A stretch of DNA of 64,000 nucleotides from Nostoc sp. DedSLP01 (GTDB lineage: Bacteria > Cyanobacteriota > Cyanobacteriia > Cyanobacteriales > Nostocaceae): the NCBI GenBank assembly GCA_034530875.2, contig JAVRCJ020000009.1:160001-224000 (forward strand), read 5' to 3'. Of the stretch, positions 51,334 through 62,232 are shown piece after piece. The position numbers were made by a program, and so were the translations under genes. Every line of letters starts with the position of its first letter. The stretch's first letter is position 1. The notes beneath the pieces were generated by a model. It did no database searches. It worked only from the letters and a program-made list of their open reading frames with translations, and had not been told where the DNA came from.

Positions 51334-51654
51334 ATGACTAACAAAGAATTATTAATCCAAGAAATAGAAACTTTACCGCCGGAATTACTAACAGAAGCAC
51401 TCGATTTGATACGTTCTATTAAGGTTAACTATACAAAAAAGGAGTTGAAATCAGGTAAGCTTGAATCTATACCTTTAAACGATCCTAGAGAAACTTCTGG
51501 CTCTCAAGAGCAACTTACATATCGTCCGGCTTCGGGACGCTCCATTCTTCGACATGCTGGTACTTGGGAAGGTGATGATTTTACAGAATGCCTTCAAGCA
51601 GTATATGCTACGCGTGGTCAAGCTAAAATTGATGACCAAAACCTATTTGAATAA
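51334..51654 (+). CDS. Putative antitoxin (DUF2281-like N-terminus)
   Basis: KELLIQEIETLPPELLTEALDLI; HAGTWEGDD; TAATG overlap with the PIN toxin. Confidence 0.75.
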   Translation: MTNKELLIQEIETLPPELLTEALDLIRSIKVNYTKKELKSGKLESIPLNDPRETSGSQEQLTYRPASGRSILRHAGTWEGDDFTECLQAVYATRGQAKIDDQNLFE

Positions 51655-52097
51655 TGTATTTACTCGATACAAATCATTGTAGTGCTATTATTTTAGGTGA
51701 ACCAAACGTTATCCGTGGCGTGAATAAAGTTGGAGAAAATAACATTGCCACTTGCGTAATTGTGCAGGGTGAATTGACATTTATGATGGAAAAATCCCAA
51801 CGTAAGGAAAATAATCTAGTTCGCTTGACAGAATTTTTAGAAGATATTCGTATTTATCATATAACAGAACAAACAGCAACAATCTATGGTCAAATTAAGG
51901 CAGCTTTATTCAGCCAATTTGCACCCAAAGATAAAAACAAGTGGCGAAAAACTAAAATTGTTGATTTGGGTTTTGATGAAAATGATATTTGGATAGCTGC
52001 TATTGCACTGCAAAATAATTTAACTGTCGTTTCCAGTGATAGTGACTTTTTGCGAATTCAACAGGTGAAAATCTTTTCGCTGGAATCTTGGGTTTGA
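51654..52097 (+). CDS. vapC: PIN-domain (VapC) toxin
   Basis: YLLDTN, VQGEL, ENDIWIAA, VSSDSDF acidic tetrad. Confidence 0.9.
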   Translation: MYLLDTNHCSAIILGEPNVIRGVNKVGENNIATCVIVQGELTFMMEKSQRKENNLVRLTEFLEDIRIYHITEQTATIYGQIKAALFSQFAPKDKNKWRKTKIVDLGFDENDIWIAAIALQNNLTVVSSDSDFLRIQQVKIFSLESWV

Positions 52098-52131
52098 TTT
52101 GCAGTATAGAGCTATAGCTGCATAATTAACC

Positions 52132-52719
52132 TTACAATACCCATTTTTTAACTATAGTTAAAACACAGCTATCTCCAATTAAAATATATGGTGCAAAAGC
52201 TGTGTTCTCGTTCCAGTCATTCAGAAGAGAATAAAAAGTAATCTCATAATTAGATTTATGGAATAATCTTTTTATTATCGTCTCCAAGAAAATTTCAAAA
52301 TTAAGCTGATTTCTAAACCAAAAATTTATCAAATTTTCAAATTTATCTTGACTCAAACATTCCGCTCGACGATAAATGTCCAATTCATCCCAATAATTTG
52401 TATCCAGTATATTCCCTATATCTGGATATAAATATTTGCCAAATTCACACAAATTGACAACATCACGGGTGCGAATGTAGCCTTTATCAAAACTTCGATA
52501 TCCGCTAGGTTTTGCAAATACTTTTAAATCACCTATTCCACTGTCCCAATATTTATCCTGGCTATTAACAGTATCTACAAATTTACGAACAACTTTGTAT
52601 GTACTTGGTTCCTGGCAGAAATTTGGGAACAAGCACATTGATCCTAAAAAGACAGCTTGATTAAAATATGCTTCACCCGTTGTGCCAAATTGCTCAATAC
52701 AATGGCAAAGTTTATCCAT
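52132..52719 (-). CDS. Hypothetical protein, AT-rich (start uncertain)
   Basis: Open frame 52132-52947, but the upstream part overlaps the next gene; ATG 52719 or 52794 is more plausible. Confidence 0.6.
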   Translation of the reverse strand: MDKLCHCIEQFGTTGEAYFNQAVFLGSMCLFPNFCQEPSTYKVVRKFVDTVNSQDKYWDSGIGDLKVFAKPSGYRSFDKGYIRTRDVVNLCEFGKYLYPDIGNILDTNYWDELDIYRRAECLSQDKFENLINFWFRNQLNFEIFLETIIKRLFHKSNYEITFYSLLNDWNENTAFAPYILIGDSCVLTIVKKWVL

Positions 52720-52807
52720 AAACAAAAACTGATTTTTTAAGCTGGTAAAATAGCATATTTTGACACCGCATAGGGAAGATAAGCAATGCCCCATACTATT
52801 TTTTGGG

Positions 52808-53347
52808 TCAATCTTCATCATCAAAATCTGTTTCCCAGGAAGCAGCGTCGCTGTAAGCGTCATTGGCGCGATGGGCTTCTGATTTGATATGGCGATCGTC
52901 TTGTCTGAAGACTTCTCGTTCTCGCAACGGAAGTGCTGGTTTTTCATTGCTGGCGAGGCGATCGCTAGTTCGTCTTATAGGTTTTGGGCGCGTGAAGTTT
53001 CTCCAGGCTGCTTTGACGCCAACTAAGATGCTGCGCGTACCTACTTGCAGATTTTGAGCCTGTTTTCTTGCAGTATCGAGGCTTTGGTCAACTTGCTTGA
53101 CTACTTGACTGGCACTTTTTACGCCTTGACTGACATCATCAGTTAAGTCATTAATTTCTAAACCAGCGAGGCGGATCGCATCTAGAGTTGGTGGTAATTC
53201 TCGTGAAAGCGTATCAAATAGCTTTTCTGCACTCCTAGCAGCGCGTGCTAACTCCTGCAAAGCCGGTATAGCCGCCACTAAAACCGCAGTCAAGCTTGTG
53301 GCGACCAAGAGAAAGGAAAGTCCCAACCAAAACAGGGGTTCAATCAC
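52808..53347 (-). CDS. DUF948-like membrane-anchored coiled-coil protein
   Basis: TM MIEPLFWLGLSFLLVA, then AARSAEKLFDTLSRELPPTL. Confidence 0.75.
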   Translation of the reverse strand: MIEPLFWLGLSFLLVATSLTAVLVAAIPALQELARAARSAEKLFDTLSRELPPTLDAIRLAGLEINDLTDDVSQGVKSASQVVKQVDQSLDTARKQAQNLQVGTRSILVGVKAAWRNFTRPKPIRRTSDRLASNEKPALPLREREVFRQDDRHIKSEAHRANDAYSDAASWETDFDDED

Positions 53348-53358
53348 GGTTACATCAT

Positions 53359-53709
53359 TTATGAGCGTTTTAATTGCTGGGGAAGAGAATCTGAGTCTTC
53401 AGGTGATGTTTGTCGCTTCAAGACTTCGCTTTCCCGCTGAGTAGCATCTACACCTGCGGCGATCGCTTCCTTTAATCTATCTAAAGTTTCATCCCAGTTC
53501 CGCAGTGCGCTGGCAGAAAGACGATCTGCTTGGATTTGCACGCTTGTTGATATATCTTCTGCCAATTCTGGGATAGCATTGGCAGATTTTTGTAAAATTT
53601 TACGCGTTTCGCGCCCTGTGCGTGGAGCAACGAGCAAACCAGCTAAGGTGCCGATGCTAGCTCCCAGCATCAAACCGCTAATAAATAATCCAGAACGGTT
53701 ATTAGACAT
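53359..53709 (-). CDS. YtxH-domain protein
   Basis: FISGLMLGASIGTLAGLLVAPRTGRETR signature. Confidence 0.88.
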   Translation of the reverse strand: MSNNRSGLFISGLMLGASIGTLAGLLVAPRTGRETRKILQKSANAIPELAEDISTSVQIQADRLSASALRNWDETLDRLKEAIAAGVDATQRESEVLKRQTSPEDSDSLPQQLKRS

Positions 53710-53830
53710 TTTTTTATTTCTCCCTTAGACCCATTTTAGGTGGGTTTCCCCCCCTTGCAAGACCTAAACAATTTTATCTAGTAATATCCTGACAAAATAT
53801 CAGCCAGAAATGTTGCTTTTATGCTTTAAC

Positions 53831-54166
53831 TCATTTTGTAAGTTTTGTTTTTCCAGGGGTCAAATCTAGCTTCCGAAAATAACGCTGCCAGATTTGCCGT
53901 CCCAGCACAATCAGGCTCAAAATTTGCTGTACTTGTTGAATTTGTATCTGTAGTGCTTGGTTTCTCTGGCGTAAGTTATAAATATTCTGCTGACTCAGAT
54001 AAATATTTTCAGGGGCTTTATACAGTGTTGCATGGACACAACTTTCATAGGCGGTTAAGGTATCTGCTATACATGCTATTCGCTGCTTCAGTTGCCACAC
54101 CTGCGAAGCTACATAGAGTAGTATTAACGAAACTAAAGTATTAATTATGACAACTAAAATTACCAT
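53831..54166 (-). CDS. Hypothetical membrane-anchored protein
   Basis: N-terminal TM and coiled coil; co-oriented with ytxH. Confidence 0.65.
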   Translation of the reverse strand: MVILVVIINTLVSLILLYVASQVWQLKQRIACIADTLTAYESCVHATLYKAPENIYLSQQNIYNLRQRNQALQIQIQQVQQILSLIVLGRQIWQRYFRKLDLTPGKTKLTK

Positions 54167-55056
54167 TGTTTATTTTGACTAATGCCAGCTTTGAGAAATT
54201 GTTTGATGAAAAATTCTCTAACTCCTGAGCGATACTTGGGATGTTTCGGTTAACTGCGATCGAATGTTAAAATTGCTCGTCCAACAGTAGCTAATGGTGG
54301 TTGAAAGGTAATTTTTTAGAGAAATATTTTTCAGAAAGTCAATAATTCTTAGTTTTTTTCTAATAATGTTTTGATAAGCCAAATAGCAATTTCATTACCT
54401 GTTATTAAATATTGTGCTTGTATTAAATAACCATTAGTGCTGGAAGTACAATGTACAACAATTTTTCGCGAATATCTATAGCCGTTGGCGATCGCCACCT
54501 TTTCTTAAATATACCTTTTTTCCACCAGTGACAGCACTTCGCTAATGCCTAAAAAATCTTTAATTTAGCAATTTTGTAACAAATAAGTATCCACACTTTC
54601 TCAACCACAGCTACAATTGCCTTAGTCTCACGACTTGGTTTGCTTGCATCAACCCATATAATCGATACCCCCCTTCATCACTATGTTGGTTTCCTTAACT
54701 GGATAATTCTAGTCAATTTGCGATCGCACTACATCAGCACAATGGTATTGACGTTTGATGCAATTGCTGGGAGAACTGCATTACACTAGACCTCTTGCAA
54801 AAAACACTTTTGCACTCTTGTGGGGAAAGGTTAAAGGTTAAAGGGGAAAGGGGAAAGGGAAAGGGAAATCTTGAACCCAAACCTAGTAACCTTTTTTCCA
54901 AAGGGAATTCTAAGTTCAAAATGCTTATCCAAGCCGTAGTGCCAAAAACCCGCTAGCATCGCCTCCAAATCTTGGTGCTTTTATCCCTAGCAGTTTTACG
55001 CCTGTCGTGTAAAGCTAGATTCTGCTTGCAAAAACCTTGTTTGCCGAATTATCCAA

Positions 55057-55071
55057 TAATAATGATTATCT
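55057..55071. promoter_or_regulatory. Zur/Fur-like box TAATAATGATTATCT
   Basis: Two mismatches to the cyanobacterial Zur 7-1-7 box TGATAATNATTATCA; ~28 nt upstream of the metal SBP start. Confidence 0.55.
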
Positions 55072-55098
55072 TTTTTATGCATCCAGTAGGAGTTAAGG

Positions 55099-56088
55099 AT
55101 GTCAAAAAAATCACCAAAAAATAATTTTTTACGATCTATTTTTGTTGTCTTGACGGTTGGATTTGCTGGTTGCCAAAATCAAGCTGCAAGAACTACATTT
55201 ACTCAAGGCACAGCCGAGGCAAATGAAAATCTTCCCCGAGTTGTAGCAACTACAAGTGTACTTTGTGACTTAACCAGACAGGTTGCTGGGAATACAGTTA
55301 ATCTTACTTGTTTGATTCCTCCTACTGCTAATCCCAAAACTTACAAACCAAAACCAGAAGATCGTAAAGCTATCGAGCAAGCTAATCTGATTTTCTATAC
55401 TGGTTACAATTTTGAGCCAAATTCGATTAAATTAATTAAAGCCACGAAAAATTCCGCACCGAAAATAGCGGTTGCTCAAGTTGCAGTATCTAAGCCGCAA
55501 AGATTTCTGCAAGGTGGTAGAAGATTAACCGATCCTCATGTTTGGCACAATACTAAAAATGCGATCGCAATGGCAAAGGTAATTAATACTAACCTCAAAA
55601 AATTAACACCTAGCGATGCAGAAGTTTATACTACCAATACCAAAAAAGTTATAAATCAACTCACTCAACTAGATAGCTGGATTAAATCAACAATTGCGAG
55701 CGTCCCTGACAAACAACGCAGGTTAGTTACTACTTCTGATGCCTTCGGCTATTATTCTAAAGAATATGGTATTCCCTTGGTAAGGGGAATAGAAGGTATT
55801 GGCAGTAGGGAAAAACTAACAGTTGAACGAGTCAATGATTTAGCTAAAAATATTAAACAAGCTAAAGTGCCAACTATTTTTGCTGAACTTGCAATTAACC
55901 CTAATTTAATCCAATCTATAGCCACAGAAGCTGATGTAAACATTTCTGAGAGGAAGCTTTATGCAGAAGGACTTGGAGAACCAGGCAGCGAAGCAGATAC
56001 TTATCAGAAAATGATGATTTCTAATACGCGCACTATTGTGGAAGGCTTAGGAGGAACGTATTTGATGTTTCAAGCAAAATCACTGTAG
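55099..56088 (+). CDS. Metal ABC transporter substrate-binding lipoprotein (ZnuA/MntC/TroA family), orphan
   Basis: Lipobox FAGC, VVATTSVLCDL, DPHVWH, DAFGYY, IFAE; AGGAG RBS; no permease or ATPase adjacent. Confidence 0.88.
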   Translation: MSKKSPKNNFLRSIFVVLTVGFAGCQNQAARTTFTQGTAEANENLPRVVATTSVLCDLTRQVAGNTVNLTCLIPPTANPKTYKPKPEDRKAIEQANLIFYTGYNFEPNSIKLIKATKNSAPKIAVAQVAVSKPQRFLQGGRRLTDPHVWHNTKNAIAMAKVINTNLKKLTPSDAEVYTTNTKKVINQLTQLDSWIKSTIASVPDKQRRLVTTSDAFGYYSKEYGIPLVRGIEGIGSREKLTVERVNDLAKNIKQAKVPTIFAELAINPNLIQSIATEADVNISERKLYAEGLGEPGSEADTYQKMMISNTRTIVEGLGGTYLMFQAKSL

Positions 56089-56123
56089 CGATTCAAATTG
56101 TTGCATTTTTTATCAAAACAACT

Positions 56124-56154
56124 GTAGGGGCGAACAGCTAGCTGTGCGCCCCTA
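56124..56154. repeat. GTAG-headed REP-like palindrome GTAGGGGCGAACAGCTAGCTGTGCGCCCCTA
   Basis: Palindrome with one mismatch; near copy of 22246-22271. Confidence 0.75.
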
Positions 56155-56219
56155 ATTTCAAAACTAAGCATAAAAGCTTATTTGGCTCCTCAATCCTGAG
56201 TTCTAAATTCTACTGTCAA

Positions 56220-57788
56220 TTAGCGTACCTCTTTGAGAGTATCGACCTGCTTAGTAAATAACTCAGTAAACAGACTCAATACAGTTCGTTCTTCGCGCAC
56301 TTTTATATTGGCGCTGATAGACATCCCTGATTGTAAATTGACGTTTTTACCCTTAATAACCAAGGATTGTTTATCCAAAGAGATTTTAGCTGGAAAGCGA
56401 TAAAACTGATGTGTTTGATCTGGTGGTAATGCGTCTGAACCTATGCCGCTGACTTCACCTTTGATATCGCCAAACTCGCTGTAAGGGAAGGAATCAATTC
56501 TGACATCTGTTTTCATCCCTTTGCGCACAAAACCGATATCTTTATTGGTGATGAAAACTTCGCCTATGTATTTTTCATTTGGCACAATATCCATGAGTTT
56601 TGTAGTTGGGTTTGCTACAAATCCAGGGTTTTTGGCTTGCAAATCAAAAACTGTCCCCGATACTGGGGCGCGGAGTTCTTGATATTTGACGTTTAATTCT
56701 GATTGGGAAATTTTACTATTGACATCTGCTAAACGCTGCTCGTTATCCAGGATAATTTTCATGAATTGGCTATCAATATCGGCAATACGTTTTTTGTTGT
56801 CACCTATTTTATCCAAAACGTCTTTGTCTGTGACAGCTACTGTATTGCTTACCTCTTGCTGTCCTTTTTCAATATCAAACTGGAGACGTTGCAGTTCTTT
56901 TTCTAATTGTGATACTTCTGCTGTTCGGTTTTGAACTTCTTGTTGTTGATTGAGATACTGAAGCTGAGAAATGCCGCCTTCTTCTGCGAGGATTTTAAGT
57001 TTATCTAAAATTCTCTGTTGAATAGCTAAGCTTAATTTACTATCTTCTAATTTAACTGCCGTTTGAGCAAGTTGTTGCTTGATTTTTTCTACTTCTAATC
57101 GTGCTGCTGAGGAACGAGAATCTAATTCTCTTTTGGCTACTGATAGACGTTGCTGTTCGTCAATTCCCAGTGCATAATCTTGACCGGAATTTCTTAATTG
57201 AGTGCGCAATAAGTCATTTTCTGCTACTAAAGCTGCCCGACTTTTCAACAAAAAACCAGTTTCTTGTGGTAAGTTACTACGCAAAAATGATAGTTCGGAT
57301 GTCGTACCGGTACTTGCTCCCAGCAATCGCCGATAAATTTGGTTTTCTTTAATTAATGCCAAACGAATTTTCTTTAAAGAATTTAATTCGGCAACAGAAG
57401 CAATAGAATCAAAAGTCAGTAGCAAATCTCCTTTCTTAACAGCTTGCCCATCTTTAACATAAAGCGCTTTCACTACTCCACTGACAGGCGCTTGAACTTC
57501 TTTAACTGTTCCTTCCGGTTTTAATTGACCGGTTGCTGGTACTACTTGCTCAATTTTTGCAAAATAAGCCCAAGCAATTCCAAAACAAGCTAAGGCCATT
57601 AAGGTCACCATGATTGTACGCGACCAAACTGGAGATTGACGCAAGATAACGGACTGCTCAAACTCTCGAGGATTTGAGTGAATTAAACTTTCTGAAGTAG
57701 TTTTTTGCTGTTTTGTAACTACTGGCGAATCTTGCTTTGCTGTGTTTTTATAGTTACCGTTGGGGTGATTCCCATTAAGTTGAGTCAT
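56220..57788 (-). CDS. HlyD family membrane fusion protein of a type I secretion system
   Basis: TM, ATGQLKP, VQAPVSGVV, LRAPVSGTV, NKDIGFV, DSFPYSEFG, LQSGMS. Confidence 0.93.
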   Translation of the reverse strand: MTQLNGNHPNGNYKNTAKQDSPVVTKQQKTTSESLIHSNPREFEQSVILRQSPVWSRTIMVTLMALACFGIAWAYFAKIEQVVPATGQLKPEGTVKEVQAPVSGVVKALYVKDGQAVKKGDLLLTFDSIASVAELNSLKKIRLALIKENQIYRRLLGASTGTTSELSFLRSNLPQETGFLLKSRAALVAENDLLRTQLRNSGQDYALGIDEQQRLSVAKRELDSRSSAARLEVEKIKQQLAQTAVKLEDSKLSLAIQQRILDKLKILAEEGGISQLQYLNQQQEVQNRTAEVSQLEKELQRLQFDIEKGQQEVSNTVAVTDKDVLDKIGDNKKRIADIDSQFMKIILDNEQRLADVNSKISQSELNVKYQELRAPVSGTVFDLQAKNPGFVANPTTKLMDIVPNEKYIGEVFITNKDIGFVRKGMKTDVRIDSFPYSEFGDIKGEVSGIGSDALPPDQTHQFYRFPAKISLDKQSLVIKGKNVNLQSGMSISANIKVREERTVLSLFTELFTKQVDTLKEVR

Positions 57789-57978
57789 AGTAATTTTGGA
57801 TTTTGGATTTTGGATTTTGAATTTTGGATTGAAGATGAGAGTTTTGTAGGGCGAGCATTGTTTATTGATAAATAATGCCCACCCTACGATTATTGCTGAA
57901 TTCTAATTGCTGTTAGCGTACTCCTACAGAGAAGCAAGCTACACGGGTCTCTAAGAGTTGCCCATTCTGAACTTTTGT

Positions 57979-60900
57979 TCATAAGTTTACTTCTTGTTGA
58001 TGATACAAGTAGTAATAATGACCTTTGGCAGCCATTAGTTCTTGATGGCTACCTTGTTCTATAACTCTGCTATTATCCATGACAACGATGACATCTGCAT
58101 TACTGACAGTATTCAATCGGTGGGTAATAAAAAATACTGTACTACCCTTGAATGCCCTGGCTAAGTTGAGGCAGATTTGTCGCTCTGTGGGGTAATCTAG
58201 GGCGCTAGTTGCTTCGTCTAAAACTAGTAATTTTGGTCTTTGTAAAACGGAACGCGCGATCGCAATTCTTTGTCTTTGTCCTCCAGAAAGTGCAGAACCC
58301 CGTTCTCCCACCCTGGTGTTATAACCGTTGGGCAAGTTCATGATAAATTCATGGGCGCAAGCTACTTGAGCTGCTTCGATAATTTCTTCGGTTGTGGCGT
58401 CGGGATTTGTCAGGGCGATGTTTTCTTGAACGGTTCCATCAAATAACAATGTTTCTTGGGGAACTACACCAACTTGTCGCCGCAGCGAATAAAGTTCTAC
58501 TTTGGCAATATCGTAACCATCAATTAAAATTCTGCCGGATTCGGTTTCGTAAAGTCTCAGCAGTAATTTCATCATCGTACTTTTACCAGAACCGCTTTGT
58601 CCGACAATGCCGACGAATTTTCCGGGAGCAAATTCCAGGTTGACGTTAGAAAGTTGTAGAGGGCCGCTAGTAGCAAATCGGAAGGAAACGTTTTCGTATT
58701 TAACTGCTCCGTTAATCGCTGGTAAGGGTATGTTAAAACGGTCTGTTTCTGCTTCTTCTGGCGTATCGACAATATCGCTTAAACGTTCTATGGACAAGGC
58801 AGTTTCTTGGAAGCTTTGCCACAGTTGAGCTAAACGCAATATTGGGCTGGTAACGTAACCAGAAATAATTCTAAAGGCGATTAATTCACCTAAGGTTAAT
58901 TCTTGTTGCAGTACTAAATAAGCCCCTACCCATAAAACTAATAAACTACTGAGTTTGTTGAGAAAGTTACTGGTAGAGTTAGCAAGGGTAGAAGTGATAA
59001 CTGTTTTAAAACCAGCGGCGACATAACGCGCATAACGTTCTTGCCAGGAAAAGCGCGATCGCAATTCGATATTTTGCGCTTTTACTGTTTGAATTCCTGA
59101 CATCACCTCCACTAAATAAGATTGAGTTTCGGAGTTGCGTTCGGCTTTGCCGCGTAATTGTCTGCTAATAGTAGGAGATGCGACTAAGGTAATAATCACA
59201 AATATCGGAATTGTACTCAAACCTACCAAGGTGAGTTGCCAACTATAAATCAGCATCACACCGATATAAACGAGGGAGAACAGAGCATCTAAGCCTACTG
59301 TTAAGGCAGTACCGGTGAGAAATTGCCGGATGTTTTCTAATTCGTTAATCCGAGTCGAAAGTTCGCCCACCGGTCGCCGTTCAAAGTAGCGCAGCGGCAA
59401 ACGTAATAAGTGGTCGATAATTTGCGACCCTAAACTCATATCGATGCGGTTTGTAGTATCGACAAATAAGTAGGTGCGCAATGTAGTTAATATTGCTTCA
59501 AACAGCCCTACTACTAATAGTAAAACACCCAAAATATGTAAAGTACCAATGCTATTTTGGGTGATTACTTTGTCAATAATTAACTGCACCACCAGGGGAT
59601 TTGCTAGTGCTGCTAACTGCACGAAAAAGGAAGCGATAAATACTTCTATGAGTACTCGGCGATAGCGCGACAAGTAAGGAATAAACCACCGCAAACTAAA
59701 ACGTTCTTGGGGTGTTTCTTTAGTGGTTGATAGGAGTAATACTCTAACTTGTGGCGGAAAGTTAGCAGGATCGCTATCTAATTGTTCGACAAATTGGGCG
59801 GGTTTGCAGCGGACAATTCCTTGGGATGGGACGCCGACAACCATATTATTGGCATCGGCTTCATATAAAACAGCAAAGTCACCAGCGTAGCGAATTAATG
59901 CTGGGGTGGGAATGCGTGCCACTGACGACACTGGCAAATCTACTAATTGTACCTTGAGTCCAATTAACTCTGAGAGGTAAGCAATAGCTGGAAATGAGAT
60001 ATTACCCTGGCGTTTGATTTGATCGTTTAAGATGCGGCGAATCACTTCTCGACGAAACGGCATATCTAAGTGTTTCGCCAGCATTTGGAAGCAGGCAAAG
60101 GCTGTATTTAATTCTCCTTTCCCGCCAACAAATGGGTATTTTATGCGCTTTGCAGGAGTTTTTGAGGTCTGGCCGGTTGTTGGCGAGACGACTATTTCAT
60201 CCGATGCATAGGGAATATCTAGTACTTCTTGGCTATGCGGTTGGGTGTCGGTGACTGTAACTTCTATACGATCGCTATTTTGCAATATCAAATTTGAAGG
60301 ATTTAGACCAAGCAAGCGTACTGGATTTTGACCGAACACTTGGATCTTGTCTCGATCGTCGTTTGCTTCTAAGCGATCGCCTACAGTAAAATTGGCTACC
60401 GTACCTCCACCGCTGACAAACCAAACGCGTCCGCTATCGAGTTCGTTAAATGAAGTTCTCCCTGGAGGTAAATACTCGATTCTTGCTTCTAGTAAAGCTG
60501 TTTGTGCTAATTCTTTGAGATTGAATGTGGCGAGTGCTTGCTTTTGCCAATAAGCAGCGAGAATATCGAAAACTTCTACTAAATTAGTACGGCGTTGGCG
60601 AGCTTCGGCAAAAGCTGGGTATGTATTTAACAAATTCAAGTACGTTGTGGCACTCAAGGTTAAGCCGACTACTTCGGTGGAAGCGATGGCTGTCTCGCAA
60701 GGGATATCGCGCAATAAACCAATTTCGCCGATGATTTCCCCTGGTTGCAGCAATCTTAAAGTAGTTGGGATTTGCGTTTCGGGTTCGTACCCCAACAGCC
60801 GCACTTGTCCTTCATAAATGATGGTGATTTGTTGGGGGAGGCTTTCCTTGCCGATCAGCTTTTGACCCAACCGATAGCGCCAAGCTTGTACTTGTTGGGA

Positions 60901-60987
60901 TATATTGGCGATCGCTTCATTCGGCAGGCGATCGAACCCTTCTAGGGAAGTGATAAATTCGGGAAAAGTGTTCTTAATATAAGTCAT
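57979..60987 (-). CDS. HlyB-like type I secretion ABC transporter with cNMP-binding and C39-like domains
   Basis: N-terminal cNMP-like (LQPGEIIGEIGLL), C39-like segment, ABC membrane domain, GQSGSGKST, LSGGQRQR, LDEATSALD; ATG 60987. Confidence 0.93.
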   Translation of the reverse strand: MTYIKNTFPEFITSLEGFDRLPNEAIANISQQVQAWRYRLGQKLIGKESLPQQITIIYEGQVRLLGYEPETQIPTTLRLLQPGEIIGEIGLLRDIPCETAIASTEVVGLTLSATTYLNLLNTYPAFAEARQRRTNLVEVFDILAAYWQKQALATFNLKELAQTALLEARIEYLPPGRTSFNELDSGRVWFVSGGGTVANFTVGDRLEANDDRDKIQVFGQNPVRLLGLNPSNLILQNSDRIEVTVTDTQPHSQEVLDIPYASDEIVVSPTTGQTSKTPAKRIKYPFVGGKGELNTAFACFQMLAKHLDMPFRREVIRRILNDQIKRQGNISFPAIAYLSELIGLKVQLVDLPVSSVARIPTPALIRYAGDFAVLYEADANNMVVGVPSQGIVRCKPAQFVEQLDSDPANFPPQVRVLLLSTTKETPQERFSLRWFIPYLSRYRRVLIEVFIASFFVQLAALANPLVVQLIIDKVITQNSIGTLHILGVLLLVVGLFEAILTTLRTYLFVDTTNRIDMSLGSQIIDHLLRLPLRYFERRPVGELSTRINELENIRQFLTGTALTVGLDALFSLVYIGVMLIYSWQLTLVGLSTIPIFVIITLVASPTISRQLRGKAERNSETQSYLVEVMSGIQTVKAQNIELRSRFSWQERYARYVAAGFKTVITSTLANSTSNFLNKLSSLLVLWVGAYLVLQQELTLGELIAFRIISGYVTSPILRLAQLWQSFQETALSIERLSDIVDTPEEAETDRFNIPLPAINGAVKYENVSFRFATSGPLQLSNVNLEFAPGKFVGIVGQSGSGKSTMMKLLLRLYETESGRILIDGYDIAKVELYSLRRQVGVVPQETLLFDGTVQENIALTNPDATTEEIIEAAQVACAHEFIMNLPNGYNTRVGERGSALSGGQRQRIAIARSVLQRPKLLVLDEATSALDYPTERQICLNLARAFKGSTVFFITHRLNTVSNADVIVVMDNSRVIEQGSHQELMAAKGHYYYLYHQQEVNL

Positions 60988-61324
60988 GTCAAACAAGCCA
61001 GAAAGTAAAAATAAGTCATCAAGTTATGAGTTAAAGATAAAGAATTATACAATTCCTAACTCCTACGGAGTTCGCCATTGGCCGATTGAGAAAACTTTTG
61101 AGACTACCTTGGCTCACTTCTAACTCCTAACTTTCCAATGTGCCATTCAGTGTAGATAAATACCTGAGACCGCAGATAATAAATTTGCTAATTACAAACT
61201 TACATTTAGATTCCACGTTGCTACCGTTTAAATTATTTAAATTCCACATAGTTTGTAATAATTCTTTAAATTAGAAGTCAAAATACCTAAAAAATCAAAA
61301 CCTGCACGTTGTTAATTGTTTACA

Positions 61325-61440
61325 AATTATCTAAACAATCGGGTCTAAAACCGTACTTCGTCCAAAGTTTTTGGAACGGGGTATAAATAAATCCTCGTGA
61401 CAAAAACGGCCTCCTGCCTCCTGCCTCCTGCCTTCGTTAA
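61325..61440 (-). repeat. Dispersed repeat family A, copy 2
   Basis: Reverse complement is colinear with 10799-10955. Confidence 0.85.
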
Positions 61441-62147
61441 GAAGTTTGAGTATTGAGGTTTCATGAATTCACTGATTCCTGATTATGGATTAGAGAATTC
61501 TGAGGAGACTTTGAAAAATTTTCCAAAAGATGATGACTTCGTTAATGATACATAATTTATACAAGCTAAAATTTAAGATTTAGTATTACAACTATGTCAA
61601 ATTGATACTCGCAATCAAACTAGTACATCCAGACGCGTTTACTAAACTTAAGACTGGTGTATTTTTGAGTTATTACGGTCAAATTGAAAATATCACAAAT
61701 GCTTTCCTAAGTAAATACCCGAAATCAGAATTAGTAATAAAAAAAACTTTAAATTTGTGAATTCTTTTTTACAAATTCTTGCAGATAGGCAATAAAAGTC
61801 TGATGGAAAGAGAATCAGTTTTCCCAATTAAATAGCACCCATACTTAATTGTCAAAGAACTCCTCATAACTTTTTTTGCAGTTTAATATCAATCAACCGC
61901 AAAATTACTGGAGAGCAATCAATCATTAAATTTATGAAGTAACAACACTGACTGCCTTCAGTATATGTACTAGATTTATAAATATCTAGCTTTTTTAATT
62001 AAAATAGATAAAATAGCCTAATGTTCCTTACCATTGCGATCGCCATCTAAGACGACAATAGTCATATTGAGCAAAACACCTGCTACCAGATTTTGATAGT
62101 TTTCTAGTTGTGAGTCAATGAAAACTAGTTGATTGGCATTATCCACC

Positions 62148-62179
62148 AAAAAAATAACCTCATTTCTAAAATGAGGTTA
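62148..62179 (-). terminator. Intrinsic terminator after the DUF4114 protein gene
   Basis: TAACCTCATT/AATGAGGTTA hairpin with A7 on the left. Confidence 0.7.
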
Positions 62180-62232
62180 CAAAGTTTTGCTAAATAAATT
62201 GACAAGTTAATTAAGTCATTAATGTTACTTTG

